64,000 nt of DNA from Dehalococcoidia bacterium (lineage in GTDB: Bacteria; Chloroflexota; Dehalococcoidia; Dehalococcoidales; W498). The notes beneath the pieces are model-generated. The model made no database searches and was not told the DNA's origin. It saw nothing but the letters and a program-made list of their open reading frames with translations. The stretch spans positions 42,024 to 106,023 of the forward strand of contig DUEE01000014.1 of assembly GCA_011170285.1 (NCBI GenBank), in the 5' to 3' direction. The position numbers and the translations under genes were made by a program. Every line of letters starts with the position of its first letter. Within the stretch, counting starts at the first letter, position 1. Shown piece after piece: positions 49,507 through 61,487 of this stretch.

Positions 49507-49896
49507 ATGGCGCGTATAGCCGGGGTAGATATACCTAAAAATAAGCGAATCTTGATAGCTCTCCAGTATATCTATGGCATTGGTGCCACTCGGAGCCAGA
49601 GGATTCTAGCTCAGACTGGTATCAATTCTTCTACTAAGACGAGCGATCTGATTGAAGAAGAGGTTAATCGTCTACGAGAAGTGATTGACCGAGAGTATAG
49701 GGTTGAGGGTGAACTTAGAAAAGAGGTTAATCTTAATATTAGGCGTCTGGTTGAGATTGGTAGCTATCGGGGTACCAGGTATCGTCGTAGCTTACCGCTT
49801 AGGGGGCAGCGAACGCGAACCAATGCTCGCACCAAGCGTGGTCCTCGTAAGACTATAGCCGGTAGAGGGCAGAGGCGTGGCGTGACTAAGAAATAA
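49507..49896 (+). CDS. rpsM: 30S ribosomal protein S13
   Basis: [18 protein letters not shown]. Confidence 0.97.
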   Translation: MARIAGVDIPKNKRILIALQYIYGIGATRSQRILAQTGINSSTKTSDLIEEEVNRLREVIDREYRVEGELRKEVNLNIRRLVEIGSYRGTRYRRSLPLRGQRTRTNARTKRGPRKTIAGRGQRRGVTKK

Positions 49897-49929
49897 CTTA
49901 ACATAATATATAGTATTTAGGAGATTACA

Positions 49930-50316
49930 ATGCCACAAAAAAAACGAGCCAGAAAACGGGAACGCAAGTCTATCCCTGTAGGCAGAGCCTATATCCAATC
50001 CACTTTTAATAATACCATAGTGACTCTTACCGATCCTCAAGGAAATGTTATCGCCTGGGGAAGCTCAGGGACAGCTGGGTTCAAAGGCTCGCGTAAAGGC
50101 ACTCCCTATGCTGCTCAATTAGCAGCTCGTGATGCGGCACACAAAGCTATGGAGCATGGCTTACGCCAGGTAGAGGTTTATGTTAGAGGTCCAGGCAGTG
50201 GGCGTGAAGCAGCTATTCGTTCCCTACAAAGCTCAGGACTCTATATTACCCGCATTAGGGATGTGACTCCCATTCCCCATAATGGTTGTCGTCCGCCAAA
50301 AAGAAGACGCGTGTAG
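49930..50316 (+). CDS. rpsK: 30S ribosomal protein S11
   Basis: [18 protein letters not shown]. Confidence 0.97.
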   Translation: MPQKKRARKRERKSIPVGRAYIQSTFNNTIVTLTDPQGNVIAWGSSGTAGFKGSRKGTPYAAQLAARDAAHKAMEHGLRQVEVYVRGPGSGREAAIRSLQSSGLYITRIRDVTPIPHNGCRPPKRRRV

Positions 50317-50325
50317 GAGAGAAAA

Positions 50326-50952
50326 ATGGCAAGGTACACAGGAGCAGTTTGTCGATTATGCCGGCGTAGTGGCGAGAAGTTGATGCTTAAAGGTGGCCGG
50401 TGTTTTACCTCTAAATGTGCGATGGACAAGCGAGGGAAACCGCCGGGACAGCAGCCTACTCAGCGCCGTCGGATTTCCGACCGTGCAGTACAGCTTCGGG
50501 AGAAGCAAAAAGCCCGCTATACTTATGGAATTCTGGAGCGGCAGTTTAAGCGTTTCTTTGCTAAAGCCGAAAAGCAGTCAGGCATCACCGGCGAAAACCT
50601 GCTGGTATTGTTGGAGATGCGGCTTGATAATGTTGTATACCGTTTAGGCTTTGCTGACTCCCGGGCTCAAGCTCGTCAGCTAGTTCGACATGGACATATT
50701 ATACTAAATGGGCACAAGACTGATATACCCTCTTGTTTAGTTAAGGAAGGTGATACCATTAATTGGAAACCAGAAAATACCAAAAGCGAGTATTATCAAC
50801 AACTGGTTCAAACTATAGAGGCTAAGTCGGTATCGGGTTGGTTGAGCCTGGATAGGCAGAATATTATTGGTCGGGTTTTATCTCTGCCTACCCCTGATGA
50901 CATTGATGCTAAATTTGATGGCAAGAGCATAGTTGAGTTCTATTCCAGATAA
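50326..50952 (+). CDS. rpsD: 30S ribosomal protein S4
   Basis: [22 protein letters not shown]. Confidence 0.97.
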   Translation: MARYTGAVCRLCRRSGEKLMLKGGRCFTSKCAMDKRGKPPGQQPTQRRRISDRAVQLREKQKARYTYGILERQFKRFFAKAEKQSGITGENLLVLLEMRLDNVVYRLGFADSRAQARQLVRHGHIILNGHKTDIPSCLVKEGDTINWKPENTKSEYYQQLVQTIEAKSVSGWLSLDRQNIIGRVLSLPTPDDIDAKFDGKSIVEFYSR

Positions 50953-50975
50953 GGTAATTAAAAGGAGGTAGTCTT

Positions 50976-51932
50976 TTGTCTGGTTTGGCAATACCTGAGA
51001 TTGAGTGTGTCGAAGACAAGGGTAACTTTGGGAGCTTTGTGGCTAAGCCTCTGAGAAGGGGCTTTGGTGTTACCCTTGGTAATGCTTTACGTCGAGTTTT
51101 GCTTAGTTATCTTCCAGGGGCAGCTGTGACTCAGGTTAAGATTGAGGGGATTCAGCATGAATTCTCTGCTATCCCTTATATAAAGGAAGATACCACGGAT
51201 TTTTTACTCAATGTTAAAGCATTAAGGTTAAAGTCCCTTTCAGGTCAACCAGGTAAGTTAACTCTGGATGTGAAAGGGGAGGGGCAAGTTTGCGCTGCTG
51301 ACATTAAGCCCTCAACTGATTTTGAGGTGGTGAACCCTGAGCTTTATTTAGCCACCTTAGATTCAGATGAAGCTAGCCTTTCTGTAGAGTTTGATGTGGA
51401 ATTGGGTGAAGGCTATAGGCGGGCTGAGCCTGGTGATAATCTACCCATAGGAGTGATTCCAATGGATGCCGTTTTTACCCCAATACGCAAGGTTGACTTT
51501 ACCGTTGAGCCAATTCATATTGGTCGTGAGACTAGTCGTGAGCGGTTGTGCCTAGAAGTATGGACAGACGGCACTATATCACCGGTAGATGCAATCAGCG
51601 GCAGTGCCAGCATTCTAGTGGAGCAATTATCAGCTTTTGTTGATTATGCTAGTATATCGCGGATGGAGGCAGATAAGCTTATTCGCTTACCTATTTCTAA
51701 CGAGCAGTATAATATACCCGTGGACCAATTAAAGCTATCAATGCGTACCATGAATTGCTTGCGGCGTGGTGGTATCACTACCGTGGGCGAAGTCATAAGC
51801 AGGGGGGATAAGGGGTTGCTTTCACTACGGAACTTTGGGCAGAAGTCTAAACGAGAGATAGAAGATTGCCTCAACGCATTGGGACTATCTCTTACCCCTC
51901 AGGTTGAGGAAAGGACAGAGGATGAGGCATAA
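50976..51932 (+). CDS. rpoA: RNA polymerase alpha subunit
   Basis: [22 protein letters not shown]. Confidence 0.97.
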   Translation: MSGLAIPEIECVEDKGNFGSFVAKPLRRGFGVTLGNALRRVLLSYLPGAAVTQVKIEGIQHEFSAIPYIKEDTTDFLLNVKALRLKSLSGQPGKLTLDVKGEGQVCAADIKPSTDFEVVNPELYLATLDSDEASLSVEFDVELGEGYRRAEPGDNLPIGVIPMDAVFTPIRKVDFTVEPIHIGRETSRERLCLEVWTDGTISPVDAISGSASILVEQLSAFVDYASISRMEADKLIRLPISNEQYNIPVDQLKLSMRTMNCLRRGGITTVGEVISRGDKGLLSLRNFGQKSKREIEDCLNALGLSLTPQVEERTEDEA

Positions 51933-52275
51933 AGTAGCTGGTAGAAAGTTAGGTAGGGATTCAGGTCACCGGAGGGCGTTGTATCGTAACTTGGTGACTG
52001 ACCTTCTTAACTATGAGAAAATAACTACCACCGAGGCCAAGGCCAAGGAAGTGCGTGGCTTGGCTGAGCGAATGATCACATTTGGTAAGGAGGGTGGACT
52101 TCCTTCCCGTCACAGGGCGCTGTCATTTATTTTAGATAAAAAAGTGACCGCCAAAGTATTTAGTGATCTCGCCTCAAGGTATGCTGAGCGTCCTGGTGGG
52201 TATACCCGCATTATTAAATTGGGACCCAGATTGGGTGATGGGGCTCCTATGGTTCGGCTTGAGTTGGTAGAGTGA
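51922..52275 (+). CDS. rplQ: 50S ribosomal protein L17
   Basis: [20 protein letters not shown]. Confidence 0.97.
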   Translation: MRHKVAGRKLGRDSGHRRALYRNLVTDLLNYEKITTTEAKAKEVRGLAERMITFGKEGGLPSRHRALSFILDKKVTAKVFSDLASRYAERPGGYTRIIKLGPRLGDGAPMVRLELVE

Positions 52276-52288
52276 CGGGGATACAGGG

Positions 52289-53065
52289 TTGATAAACAGA
52301 CTTAGCAAAATTGTATTAATTATGGAATATGATGGTACTCATTACCACGGCTTCCAGTTGCAGGCTGATCTGCCTACTATTCAAGGGGAGACTGAGAAAG
52401 CCCTGTGCAAGCTTACAGGAGAGAGAATTCGGGTGATGGCAGCTAGCCGAACCGATGCCGGGGTTCATGCTAGAGGACAGGTGATTAGTTTCAAGGCTAT
52501 GCCGTCCCTGTCCCTATCGGTATTTATTACCGGTTTAAACTACTATTTACCTGGGGATATTGTGGTTAAGGCGGCGCATAGAGGAGATGATTCTTTTAAT
52601 GTTAGGCGTGATGCTCTTAGCCGGGAATATAATTACTATATATTAAATAGCTTGACCCGGTCACCAATAAGGAATGGTTTTTCTTACCGTGTTGCTGGTC
52701 ATCTGAATATTGGGGCTATGAATCAGGCGTGTCAATCTCTTATTGGTGAGCATGACTTTGCCTCTTTTATAACTTGCCTTGGAGTTGATATAAGGAGCAC
52801 GGTGCGGAGTGTGTATAGAGCAGAAATAGAGAAGGATGGGGAATTGGTTGTTTTTAATATAGCCGCTAACTCCTTTTTACCTCATCAAGTGCGCAATACA
52901 GCAGGTGCCCTAATCAAAGTGGGCAGGGAAAAGATGACTGTTGACGAATTTTATAGTATGGTTGAAGATAAGAAACCAGGCTTGGCTGGTCCAACGGCTC
53001 CTGCCTGTGGGCTATGCCTTATGGGGGTTAATTATCCACGATCTTTTGGAGAAGAGGTGCAATGA
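52289..53065 (+). CDS. truA: tRNA pseudouridine(38-40) synthase
   Basis: [26 protein letters not shown]. Confidence 0.95.
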   Translation: MINRLSKIVLIMEYDGTHYHGFQLQADLPTIQGETEKALCKLTGERIRVMAASRTDAGVHARGQVISFKAMPSLSLSVFITGLNYYLPGDIVVKAAHRGDDSFNVRRDALSREYNYYILNSLTRSPIRNGFSYRVAGHLNIGAMNQACQSLIGEHDFASFITCLGVDIRSTVRSVYRAEIEKDGELVVFNIAANSFLPHQVRNTAGALIKVGREKMTVDEFYSMVEDKKPGLAGPTAPACGLCLMGVNYPRSFGEEVQ

Positions 53066-53517
53066 AAACCTATAGCACTAAGGCGTCTGATATTAAGCAT
53101 GAGTGGCATGTTATTGATGCTTCGGGTGAGGTCTTAGGCAAGCTAGCCACTCGAGTAGCTACCTTACTTATGGGTAAGCACAAACCAATATTCAGTCGTA
53201 ATCTGGATACGGGCGACTTTGTCATCGTTATCAATGCTGATAAGGTGTGTGTGACCGGCAATAAAGCTAAGCAGAAGGTCTATTATAGACATTCTGGGTA
53301 TCCTGGCGGGTTAAAAAGTATTAGTTTAGACAAAATGATGGAGGCTAATCCTGAGCAAGTTGTTAAACATGCTGTCAAGGGTATGTTGCCTCACAATCGG
53401 CTGGGTGCCAAGATGATGAAAAAAGTCAGGGTCTATGTCGGTGATACCCATCCCCACTTGGCTCAAGTGAATGCTAGTCCCAGGAGGGCAGTTTTAGAGG
53501 ATGAGGGAAGGGGATAG
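53062..53517 (+). CDS. rplM: 50S ribosomal protein L13
   Basis: LMGKHKP, HSGYPGG, KGMLP. Confidence 0.97.
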   Translation: MKTYSTKASDIKHEWHVIDASGEVLGKLATRVATLLMGKHKPIFSRNLDTGDFVIVINADKVCVTGNKAKQKVYYRHSGYPGGLKSISLDKMMEANPEQVVKHAVKGMLPHNRLGAKMMKKVRVYVGDTHPHLAQVNASPRRAVLEDEGRG

Positions 53518-53518
53518 G

Positions 53519-53920
53519 ATGCAAATGGAAAAGCAAGCTTATTTCTATGGAACAGGCAGACGCAAAACGGCTGTGGCTCGAGTAAGGCTCTTACCAGGTA
53601 ATGGTGATATTATCATAAATGGTGTTCCCTATGAGGAGCTGTTCCCCCGCTTTGAGCACCGCCGGACAATACTGCAACCTCTTTTGGTTACTGATTGCGT
53701 CACCAAGTATAATGCTGTAGTCAAGGTAACAGGGAGTGGTATATCGGGGCAGAGTGGCGCTGTTTCTCACGGTATCGCTCGAGCCCTGATAAGAGCTGAT
53801 GAAAGCCTTAGGTCTATACTGCGGCGTTACGGATTGCTTACTCGGGACGCTCGGGCAAAAGAGAGGAAAAAGTACGGTCTCAAGCGAGCTCGCAAGGCAC
53901 CTCAATATACTAAACGGTAA
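53519..53920 (+). CDS. rpsI: 30S ribosomal protein S9
   Basis: GTGRRK, ERKKYGL, PQYTKR; start at 53519 or 53525. Confidence 0.96.
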   Translation: MQMEKQAYFYGTGRRKTAVARVRLLPGNGDIIINGVPYEELFPRFEHRRTILQPLLVTDCVTKYNAVVKVTGSGISGQSGAVSHGIARALIRADESLRSILRRYGLLTRDARAKERKKYGLKRARKAPQYTKR

Positions 53921-54080
53921 AGTGCTTGGCGTGGGCAAAAAGAATCCAAATAAACTACCACCGAACCGGTATTGCCTTAATCTATTTTGTGTACTCCCTG
54001 TAGTCACCGGTTACTCTTTGGGTAACATATTTTATAAGTCAATTCCTTCCTGACTCTAGTAGCAAACAGGGAGAAAGCTT

Positions 54081-54872
54081 GTGGAGAAACCTGCGTTAGA
54101 CAGCCTTATTGATAGAGTGGCTGACCTAATCATTAACGCTGGGAGAATAGTGGTCTTCACCGGTGCCGGGGTGAGTACCGAATCCGGGATTCCCGATTTT
54201 CGCAGCCCTGGTGGAATCTGGGACAGGTTTGACCCGGATGATTTTACCTATCACAAGTTCGTTAGCCACCCTGAAACCAGGCGAAAGCAATGGCAGATGC
54301 TTGGGCAGGGGGTTCTAACCACCAAGGCTGAGCCAAATCCTGCCCACTACGCCATTGCTGAGCTGGATAGATTAGGTAAGCTGGATTGTGTTATTACCCA
54401 AAATGTCGACAGTCTTCACCAAAAGGCAGGGGTTCCTCAGGACAAGGTATTTGAGCTACACGGTAATATGCAGTGGGCGAAATGCCTGAGATGTGGTAGG
54501 AGTTATCCTTTTGAATATATTAAAGCCAGGCTGGACGAAGGCGAGGAAATCCCTGACTGTGAAGCTTGCCACGGTATCCTGAAACCGGCTGCTGTTTTTT
54601 TCGGTGAGCCATTACCAGCCAAGGTGTTAGAGGAGGCTACCTCACGCTCATACAATTCTGACCTATTTATCGTAATTGGCTCGACCCTGGTTATTTATCC
54701 TGCTGCCTATATGCCAATATATGCTGTTCGTTCCGGTGCTAAGTTAGTCATTATTAACCTTAGTTCCACCCCTATGGATATGGAAGCTACAGTTTTGATT
54801 AGGGCTAAGGCTGGGGAAGTAATGCTAAAAGTAATACAACGGGTGAGACAGGAAATCAGCAACCACTTCTAA
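54081..54872 (+). CDS. cobB: NAD-dependent protein deacylase (sirtuin)
   Basis: TGAGVSTESGIPDFR, TQNVD, ELHG, two CxxC. Confidence 0.92.
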   Translation: MEKPALDSLIDRVADLIINAGRIVVFTGAGVSTESGIPDFRSPGGIWDRFDPDDFTYHKFVSHPETRRKQWQMLGQGVLTTKAEPNPAHYAIAELDRLGKLDCVITQNVDSLHQKAGVPQDKVFELHGNMQWAKCLRCGRSYPFEYIKARLDEGEEIPDCEACHGILKPAAVFFGEPLPAKVLEEATSRSYNSDLFIVIGSTLVIYPAAYMPIYAVRSGAKLVIINLSSTPMDMEATVLIRAKAGEVMLKVIQRVRQEISNHF

Positions 54873-54894
54873 AAAATTGGGTAAGGAGTTAAGT

Positions 54895-55677
54895 ATGGGA
54901 AAATTAGACGGTAAGGTAGCCGTAATTACTGGGTCGGCTAGAGGGATAGGCAAAGCTGACGCCTTGCTGTTTGCTCAGGAGGGGGCATGTGTGGTAGTCA
55001 GTGATGTTGACCGGGAGCCTCTGGTGGCTACAGCAAAAGAGATAGAGGCTGCCGGGGGCAAGGTTGCCTGGTGTATTGCTGATGTAACCAAGCCAGAGGA
55101 TACTGATAAGCTGATGGATACCGCCGTGGATATATTTGGGGACTTGAATATTTTGGTTAATAATGCCGGGATAGCCAGAGATGCGCTATTACATAAAATG
55201 ACTGATACCCAATGGGATATGTGCCTGGACATTATTCTCAAGGGAACCTTTAATTGTGTTCGCTCCGCCGCCAAATATATGATGAAAAAGGGGCATGGCG
55301 GTAAGATTATCAATACCGCTTCGGTAATGGGTTTGATGGGTAATGTGGGACAGGTCAATTATACGGCGGCTAAGGCGGGTGTCATTGGACTTACCAAAAC
55401 AGTAGCCAGAGAGTGGGCGAGATTTGGCGTAAACTGTAACGCCATTGCCTATGGCTTCGTCCATACCAGATTTACTGCTGAGAAAGAGACCGGGGAGGAG
55501 GTTGCCGGTGAAAAAATGGGCATACCAAGGAAGGTTAGAGACAGGATGCTTCAAGAGATTGGTGGTAAGGCAATAACACCAGAGGATGCAGCCAAGCCAG
55601 CATTGTTTCTGGCCTCGGTTGATTCAGATTTTATCACCGGACATGTATTAAATGTGAGCGCCGGAATGTATATGTAA
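54895..55677 (+). CDS. short-chain dehydrogenase/reductase (FabG-like)
   Basis: TGSARGIG, NNAG, YTAAK. Confidence 0.9.
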   Translation: MGKLDGKVAVITGSARGIGKADALLFAQEGACVVVSDVDREPLVATAKEIEAAGGKVAWCIADVTKPEDTDKLMDTAVDIFGDLNILVNNAGIARDALLHKMTDTQWDMCLDIILKGTFNCVRSAAKYMMKKGHGGKIINTASVMGLMGNVGQVNYTAAKAGVIGLTKTVAREWARFGVNCNAIAYGFVHTRFTAEKETGEEVAGEKMGIPRKVRDRMLQEIGGKAITPEDAAKPALFLASVDSDFITGHVLNVSAGMYM

Positions 55678-55703
55678 CCAATTGAAGGCTTGGTTCAATA
55701 TTC

Positions 55704-57764
55704 CTAGGTAGAATAAGGGCGATAGATGGCTGATTCGGCTACCAACTCAGCGATATCGGTAACCTTAAGCCATTCTTCAGCCTCCTTTGCCTTTATTGCG
55801 TCATCGAACATCTGCAAACAGAAAGGACAGGCAGTAACTACTGTCTGGGCTTTAGTGGTAATTATCTGCTCTATGCGCAGCTCACTGATTCTCTTGCCAA
55901 TGTGTTCTTCCAGCCACATACGACCACCCCCGCCGCCACAGCAGAAACTCCTTTCCCGATTCTGCCCCGCCTCAACAAGGGTAATATCGGGCATACTATT
56001 TAATACCTGCCTCGGTGGCTCGTAAATGTCATTGTATCTCCCCAAATAGCAGGGGTCGTGGTAAACCACTACCCCACCACCCCCCTTGATAATTCTTAAC
56101 TTGCCTTCTTTCAGCAAGTTGGCAATGAACTCGGTGTGGTGAATAACCTCAAAATTACCCCCAAACTGAGGATATTCATTCTTTAGCGTATTAAAGCAGT
56201 GGGGACAGGCAGTAACTATCTTCTTTACATTATACCCTTTCAATAGCTCAATATTTTTCTCAGCCTGCATCTGGAATATATACTCATTACCCAAGCGACG
56301 AGCTGGCTCACCGCAGCAGCTTTCAGCAGAACCCAGGATACCAAATTTAACCCCGGCTGACTTCAACAGCTTAGCCATAGCCTGAGCTATCATCATACTT
56401 CTCTCTTCCAGGGCATCGGTGCAACCTACCCAGTACAGAATGTCTATCTCACTATCTTCAGCAAGAGTCTTAATAGCAAGCCCTTGAGCCCAATCGGTTC
56501 TGGTAAATGTAGTTCCCCGCCACGGGTGCCCTCTGTCTTCAATGCTTCTCAATGCTCCCTCAGCCGTCTCAGGAATAGATGCCTGCTCCAGCACCAAGTT
56601 TCGTCTCAGGCCAATAATTCTGTCAACATGCTCACTATAAACAGGGCATACCTCTTGGCAAGCACGACAGGTGGTGCATGCCCAGATTTCATCTTCGGTT
56701 ACCACTTCGCCAATTAATACTTTTTCGGGGTTAGAGGAGGAGGATTCTGCTTTGCCTTTGACTCTAAGCAAATCGGGACCTACCTCCAGCAAATGTTTTT
56801 TGAGGTTTAAGACCAGTTCCCTAGGGGAGAGGAGCTTACCGCTAAGTTGAGCCGGGCAAACAACATGACACCTGCCGCATACTGTACAGGCATAGAGGTC
56901 AAGTAATTGCTTCCAGGAAAAGTCTTGGATTTTCGATACCCCAAAGGTCTCAACCTCTTCCAGCTCGATGGGCTTAAGTGCTCCCTTGGGATGTAGGTCT
57001 TTGAAAGCCACATTGGGGAAGGATGCAAGTGGGTGCAGGTGCTTTGAGTGAGGGGCGTAGATTAAAGCGCCAAGGAGTATAACATAATTAAGCCACCAAA
57101 CACCCTTGTATACCGCTATCAATGTAGCTTGCGATATACCTGTGTTAATTAAGAAGTTAGACAAAGCAATCCCTATAGGTGGCCAAGAAGCTGAAGTGTT
57201 GTAAGCGGCAAATCTAAAGCCCTCCATACAATAATGAAGAACCATAAGGCTAACTATGACGGTAAAAAGCAGGGGTCGGAGAATCTTTTCTTCAGCAGTT
57301 GCCTCCCTCTTTAGCCTGTCAGGTTTTATGATATAATACCTAATTGCAGCCCAAATTACAGCTAGGGTGATAAGTAATGCAGCTATATCCATAATTGAAG
57401 AATAGACTGTCTTAAATGTGGTGCCCTCAAGCAGTTTGTAGAGACCAAAGCCGTCTCCCAAACCGATAAAGATAATATAGTAGATAAGCAACAGGCTGAG
57501 ACCCCAGAACATGAATGTATGCCCGATTCCAGCTCGGTCTTGACGGGTAACGCTCTTTAAGCTACACCATTGGGACAAGGTCACCACTAACATATATATG
57601 ATTCTGCGAATTATGCTATTGAAGCGGTTTTCCTTCTGTCCGAGGAGTATGAGACGGAAAAGCAGGTAGACCCTTTGAGCGAATAAGACGAGGGCAATAG
57701 CAAATAAAAGCCAAAAAATCACATATCCTGGGATATTCCAATATATTGCACCAACTGGTGACAT
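55704..57764 (-). CDS. membrane Fe-S oxidoreductase (HdrE/HdrD-like fusion, FadF-type)
   Basis: N-terminal TM helices with His residues, CxxCxxCxxxCP twice, CCG domains (SCCG, TACPHC, YHDPCYLGR, FCCGGG). Confidence 0.85.
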   Translation of the reverse strand: MSPVGAIYWNIPGYVIFWLLFAIALVLFAQRVYLLFRLILLGQKENRFNSIIRRIIYMLVVTLSQWCSLKSVTRQDRAGIGHTFMFWGLSLLLIYYIIFIGLGDGFGLYKLLEGTTFKTVYSSIMDIAALLITLAVIWAAIRYYIIKPDRLKREATAEEKILRPLLFTVIVSLMVLHYCMEGFRFAAYNTSASWPPIGIALSNFLINTGISQATLIAVYKGVWWLNYVILLGALIYAPHSKHLHPLASFPNVAFKDLHPKGALKPIELEEVETFGVSKIQDFSWKQLLDLYACTVCGRCHVVCPAQLSGKLLSPRELVLNLKKHLLEVGPDLLRVKGKAESSSSNPEKVLIGEVVTEDEIWACTTCRACQEVCPVYSEHVDRIIGLRRNLVLEQASIPETAEGALRSIEDRGHPWRGTTFTRTDWAQGLAIKTLAEDSEIDILYWVGCTDALEERSMMIAQAMAKLLKSAGVKFGILGSAESCCGEPARRLGNEYIFQMQAEKNIELLKGYNVKKIVTACPHCFNTLKNEYPQFGGNFEVIHHTEFIANLLKEGKLRIIKGGGGVVVYHDPCYLGRYNDIYEPPRQVLNSMPDITLVEAGQNRERSFCCGGGGGRMWLEEHIGKRISELRIEQIITTKAQTVVTACPFCLQMFDDAIKAKEAEEWLKVTDIAELVAESAIYRPYST

Positions 57765-57802
57765 ATTAACCTTTCCATAGTGGGGTTCATTGCCAGAATG
57801 CT

Positions 57803-58300
57803 TTAGCGCAAACGGGTAACAGCTACAAAAATACCTAGGGCTAGGGCTACCAGGGCAAGAATTATATTAAATAGACCGAAGGAAAGACCCCAATGAAAAA
57901 GAATATTAAACAAAAGGCTAACCAAGTAGCTTATTACCACAGCTATACCAGCGATAACGGCTAACCCTGTGCTGCGCTTACGATTGACCGAAAGGTTAAT
58001 TACCTCCCCAATGGCATAGCCAATCCCAGGAGCTAATAACAGACTAAGGTAAAAGAAAGGCACCAACGACTCTATCAGTCCCCAGACAACACCACAAGCC
58101 ATCGCCATGCCGAACCCAGTTCCTATAGCTATCAAATAATATTTAGTGGAAACACGATAGATAGGTAGCTTATATAGCTTGGCACAATCCGGGCATCTGG
58201 CTCCCACCAGAGTCTGCACCAGGCACTTAGGGCATATCGGTTTACCACACTTACCACACCTAAGGTTAGTTTCGACCTCAGGGTGAGTGGCACATTTCAT
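57803..58300 (-). CDS. B-box-type zinc finger membrane protein
   Basis: CATHP-CGKC-CPKC-CPDC followed by about four TM segments. Confidence 0.75.
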   Translation of the reverse strand: MKCATHPEVETNLRCGKCGKPICPKCLVQTLVGARCPDCAKLYKLPIYRVSTKYYLIAIGTGFGMAMACGVVWGLIESLVPFFYLSLLLAPGIGYAIGEVINLSVNRKRSTGLAVIAGIAVVISYLVSLLFNILFHWGLSFGLFNIILALVALALGIFVAVTRLR

Positions 58301-58328
58301 CTCACTATAGTTAACCTTTCCCCTGTTT

Positions 58329-59018
58329 TTATTGTTGCTTAAAAGGTTTCCGTTTTATCCAGGCTTCCCTGTCCCTTATATCTCGGTCGAAAAGCAAGCG
58401 ATTAATAATTAGCTGCCCCGGGGTTACCGAAGCAGAGAGTGAAGTCCGCGGTGCCGTTAATCGTCTAACCAGCAATATTATAAATATAGCTAAGAAACCT
58501 AGAGTAAGTGGTAGTGGTTCTTCAATACCAAACGGCTTACTGAGATGCCAGCTACATAGGGGCAGAGCTGCCATTGCCACGGTCGTTCCCAAAGATAGCT
58601 GTCGGAATGGAAAGAAAAGGAAAGCAACAGCTACCAATATCAGCGCCAACCATGGTGTTAAAATAAGAAGCACGCCTATGGTAGTCAAAGCACCTCTGCC
58701 ACCGTTGAAACGAAGGAAAACTGGCCAGTTATGCCCAATAATTGCTGCTAAACCTACCGTTACCTGTTGAGCTACTGCCTCTGGACCTATCAGTTGAGTA
58801 GTAGCCCAAACCATCAATGCCCCCTTACCCACATCAAAAATGATTACCGGAATAGCTATCCACTTGGAGGTTATCGTCAGTAGGTTGCTTGCTCCCACAT
58901 TGCCACTACCATATTGTCTAAGGTCTATTCCCCGGGACCACTTAGCCACTAGGTGATCGGCTGGCACCGAACCCACAAGATAGGCAGCTAATATTAGTAA
59001 TCCAAACTCAATAGTCAT
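58329..59018 (-). CDS. plsY: glycerol-3-phosphate acyltransferase PlsY paralog 2
   Basis: YLVGSVP, GSGNVGASN, DVGKG, GHNWP, GGRG. Confidence 0.88.
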   Translation of the reverse strand: MTIEFGLLILAAYLVGSVPADHLVAKWSRGIDLRQYGSGNVGASNLLTITSKWIAIPVIIFDVGKGALMVWATTQLIGPEAVAQQVTVGLAAIIGHNWPVFLRFNGGRGALTTIGVLLILTPWLALILVAVAFLFFPFRQLSLGTTVAMAALPLCSWHLSKPFGIEEPLPLTLGFLAIFIILLVRRLTAPRTSLSASVTPGQLIINRLLFDRDIRDREAWIKRKPFKQQ

Positions 59019-59119
59019 AAGCTCTCCACATTAAGGTTGCTTATCAGCTCCACAGTATCAGGGGCTGGCTAATCTTATTTCTCGCTGCTCAGCTAAAGCT
59101 ATAAGTTACTCCGCTGACT

Positions 59120-59887
59120 TTATTCCACCTCACGATAGATTCGCTCAATACTTATTGCTCGGCCACTATTATCATCTACCCTAACCATTACTGCGTTAAG
59201 CATTGTTTTTCCCTTGCCTACAGATAAACGATGGGGCATTGCGGTCAGGAAGCGGCGAATTACGGCTTCGGAATCATCACCAATAATTGAATCCATAGGT
59301 CCGGTCATACCAATATCAGTAACATAAGCAGTACCTTGAGGAAGCAACTGAGCATCAATAGTTCCCACATGGGTATGTGTGCCGAGCACAGCGCTAACCC
59401 GACCGTCTAGATATCGCCCCATTGCCATCTTCTCCGATGTAGCCTCAGCATGGAAATCAACAATAACAATTGGGGGCTTGTGCTTGAGCTCAGCCAGTAG
59501 TTTATCCATAGCTCTAAATGGGCAATCAATATCACTCATGAATATTCTCCCCATCAAATTTACCACTATAACCTGACCATTGATTATATAGCCCCTACCC
59601 GGTACTCCTGGGGGATAATTTAATGGGCGCAGGATAGGCATTTCACCGTCAAGGTGTGGAATGATCTCCTTCTGTGCAAATATGTGGTTACCTGAGGTTA
59701 GCATATCGACACCAGCATCCAGCAATTCCTTAGCTGTGGCTGAAGTTACCCCTATACCGCCAGCAATATTCTCAGCATTGGCAATAACCATATCGAAACT
59801 ATATTGTTGTCGCAGGTATGGTAAAAGTTTATTCATTGCCTGCCTGCCAGGTTTGCCAATTATATCACCAATCGCCAATATTAACAT
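59120..59887 (-). CDS. ymdB: YmdB/TIGR00282 metallophosphoesterase
   Basis: GDIIGKPG, NAEN, GNH, DFHAEATSEK, GTHTH; downstream of rny. Confidence 0.92.
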   Translation of the reverse strand: MLILAIGDIIGKPGRQAMNKLLPYLRQQYSFDMVIANAENIAGGIGVTSATAKELLDAGVDMLTSGNHIFAQKEIIPHLDGEMPILRPLNYPPGVPGRGYIINGQVIVVNLMGRIFMSDIDCPFRAMDKLLAELKHKPPIVIVDFHAEATSEKMAMGRYLDGRVSAVLGTHTHVGTIDAQLLPQGTAYVTDIGMTGPMDSIIGDDSEAVIRRFLTAMPHRLSVGKGKTMLNAVMVRVDDNSGRAISIERIYREVE

Positions 59888-59907
59888 TAGCTCCTCGATT
59901 AAACCTC

Positions 59908-61446
59908 CTACTTAGCATAATCTATAGCTCTTGTCTCTCTGAGCACAGTAACCCTTATTTGCCCTGGATATTGTAGCCCTTCCTCTATCTTCTTAACAAT
60001 GTCTCGAGCCAGCCTCATTGCTCCCATATCATCAATCTCTTGTGGGTTAACTAAGATGCGGATTTCGCGACCGGCTTGAATAGCAAATGACTTCTCCACC
60101 CCTTTAAAACCATTAGCTATATCTTCCAATGCCTTTAGCCGTTTTAAGTAACCCTCCAATGACTCACGCCTTGCACCTGGTCTGGCACCACTGATAGCAT
60201 CCGCCGCTGAAATGATGAAGCCCCAGATGCTGGTAGTTTCCGTCTCAAAGTGGTGCTCAGCGATACCCTTGACCACTTCAGGGGATTTCTCCCATTGCTT
60301 AACCAAGTCAGCTCCGATGGCAGCGTGATTTCCCTCCACCTCACGGTCTACCGCCTTACCAATGTCATGAAGCAGACCAGCCTTCCTGGCTATGGCAACA
60401 TTGACTCCCAATTCCCCGGCAATCATGGCCGCTAAATGAGCTACCTCAATACTGTGGGCGAGGACATTCTGCCCGTAGCTAGTGCGATACTTAAGGCGAC
60501 CAAGCAACCTGATTAACTCGGGACATAAGCCATGTACCCCCGCTTGATAAGCTGCTTCTTCCCCAGCACTGTAGATAGTTTTATCTACTTCCTCCTTAGC
60601 CTTGGCTACTATCTCTTCAATGCGAGCTGGATGGATACGACCGTCAAGGATAAGCTTGGTTAAAGCAATTCGAGCTACCTCTCGCCGCACTGTGTCGAAG
60701 CTGGACAGCGTCACCGCCTCGGGAGTATCATCAATAATTAGGTCGACACCGGTAGCCTGTTCCAAAGCTCTAATGTTACGACCCTCTCGTCCAATAAGTC
60801 GACCCTTCATGTCATCACTGGGAAGGGGAACAGTAGACACTGTTGTTTCAGATACAACCTCGGAAGCACAACGCTGAATAGCTTGAGACAGAATCTCCTG
60901 AGCTTTCTCATGTGCTTCTTCCCTTACCTTAGCCTCCCATTCCCGAAGGCGCCGTGAGGCTTCCTCTTGCATCTCGACCTCCATAGCCTCAATCAGTGTT
61001 TGCTTTGCCATATCACTGGACATACCCGAAATCAACTCTAGCTGTTTTAACTGCTTCTCTCTAACCTCCTCGAGATGGGTGCGAGTGGACTCGATTTCCT
61101 TCTCTTTGTTAGATAGGTTGCGACTGCGGTTCTCCAAATCTTCTAACTTGTGATCTAGGCTCTCTGCCCGCTGAGATACATAGCTCTCCTGCCGCTGTAG
61201 TTCAGTACGGCGTTCACGATACTCGGCTTCCACTCCTGACTTAATCTTTTCAGTCTCCTGCCTTGCCTCACGGAGTATATCATTAGACTCGGCTCTGGCT
61301 TCAGCTAGCATTTTGTTGGCTTTCCTCTCGGCAATACGCATTTGTCGGTTAATCATCACTCGCCTAAAGAGAAAGGCAGCCATACCTCCAAATACCACAC
61401 CTATAATAAAACTAAAGGCAATAGCTAGAACAACATCTATTCCCAT
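59908..61446 (-). CDS. rny: ribonuclease Y
   Basis: N-terminal TM, coiled coil, [24 protein letters not shown]. Confidence 0.96.
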   Translation of the reverse strand: MGIDVVLAIAFSFIIGVVFGGMAAFLFRRVMINRQMRIAERKANKMLAEARAESNDILREARQETEKIKSGVEAEYRERRTELQRQESYVSQRAESLDHKLEDLENRSRNLSNKEKEIESTRTHLEEVREKQLKQLELISGMSSDMAKQTLIEAMEVEMQEEASRRLREWEAKVREEAHEKAQEILSQAIQRCASEVVSETTVSTVPLPSDDMKGRLIGREGRNIRALEQATGVDLIIDDTPEAVTLSSFDTVRREVARIALTKLILDGRIHPARIEEIVAKAKEEVDKTIYSAGEEAAYQAGVHGLCPELIRLLGRLKYRTSYGQNVLAHSIEVAHLAAMIAGELGVNVAIARKAGLLHDIGKAVDREVEGNHAAIGADLVKQWEKSPEVVKGIAEHHFETETTSIWGFIISAADAISGARPGARRESLEGYLKRLKALEDIANGFKGVEKSFAIQAGREIRILVNPQEIDDMGAMRLARDIVKKIEEGLQYPGQIRVTVLRETRAIDYAK

Positions 61447-61487
61447 TTTTCCACCCCCTTCATTGTAGCTTGAGTGTCAGCTTCATG

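Noticed and set aside
54010-54026. Short palindrome GTTACTC-TTT-GGGTAAC before cobB
   Set aside because: Single short imperfect instance that could arise by chance.
22791-59018. Two plsY paralogs as a novelty
   Set aside because: Multiple plsY copies are common, and both look intact and ordinary.
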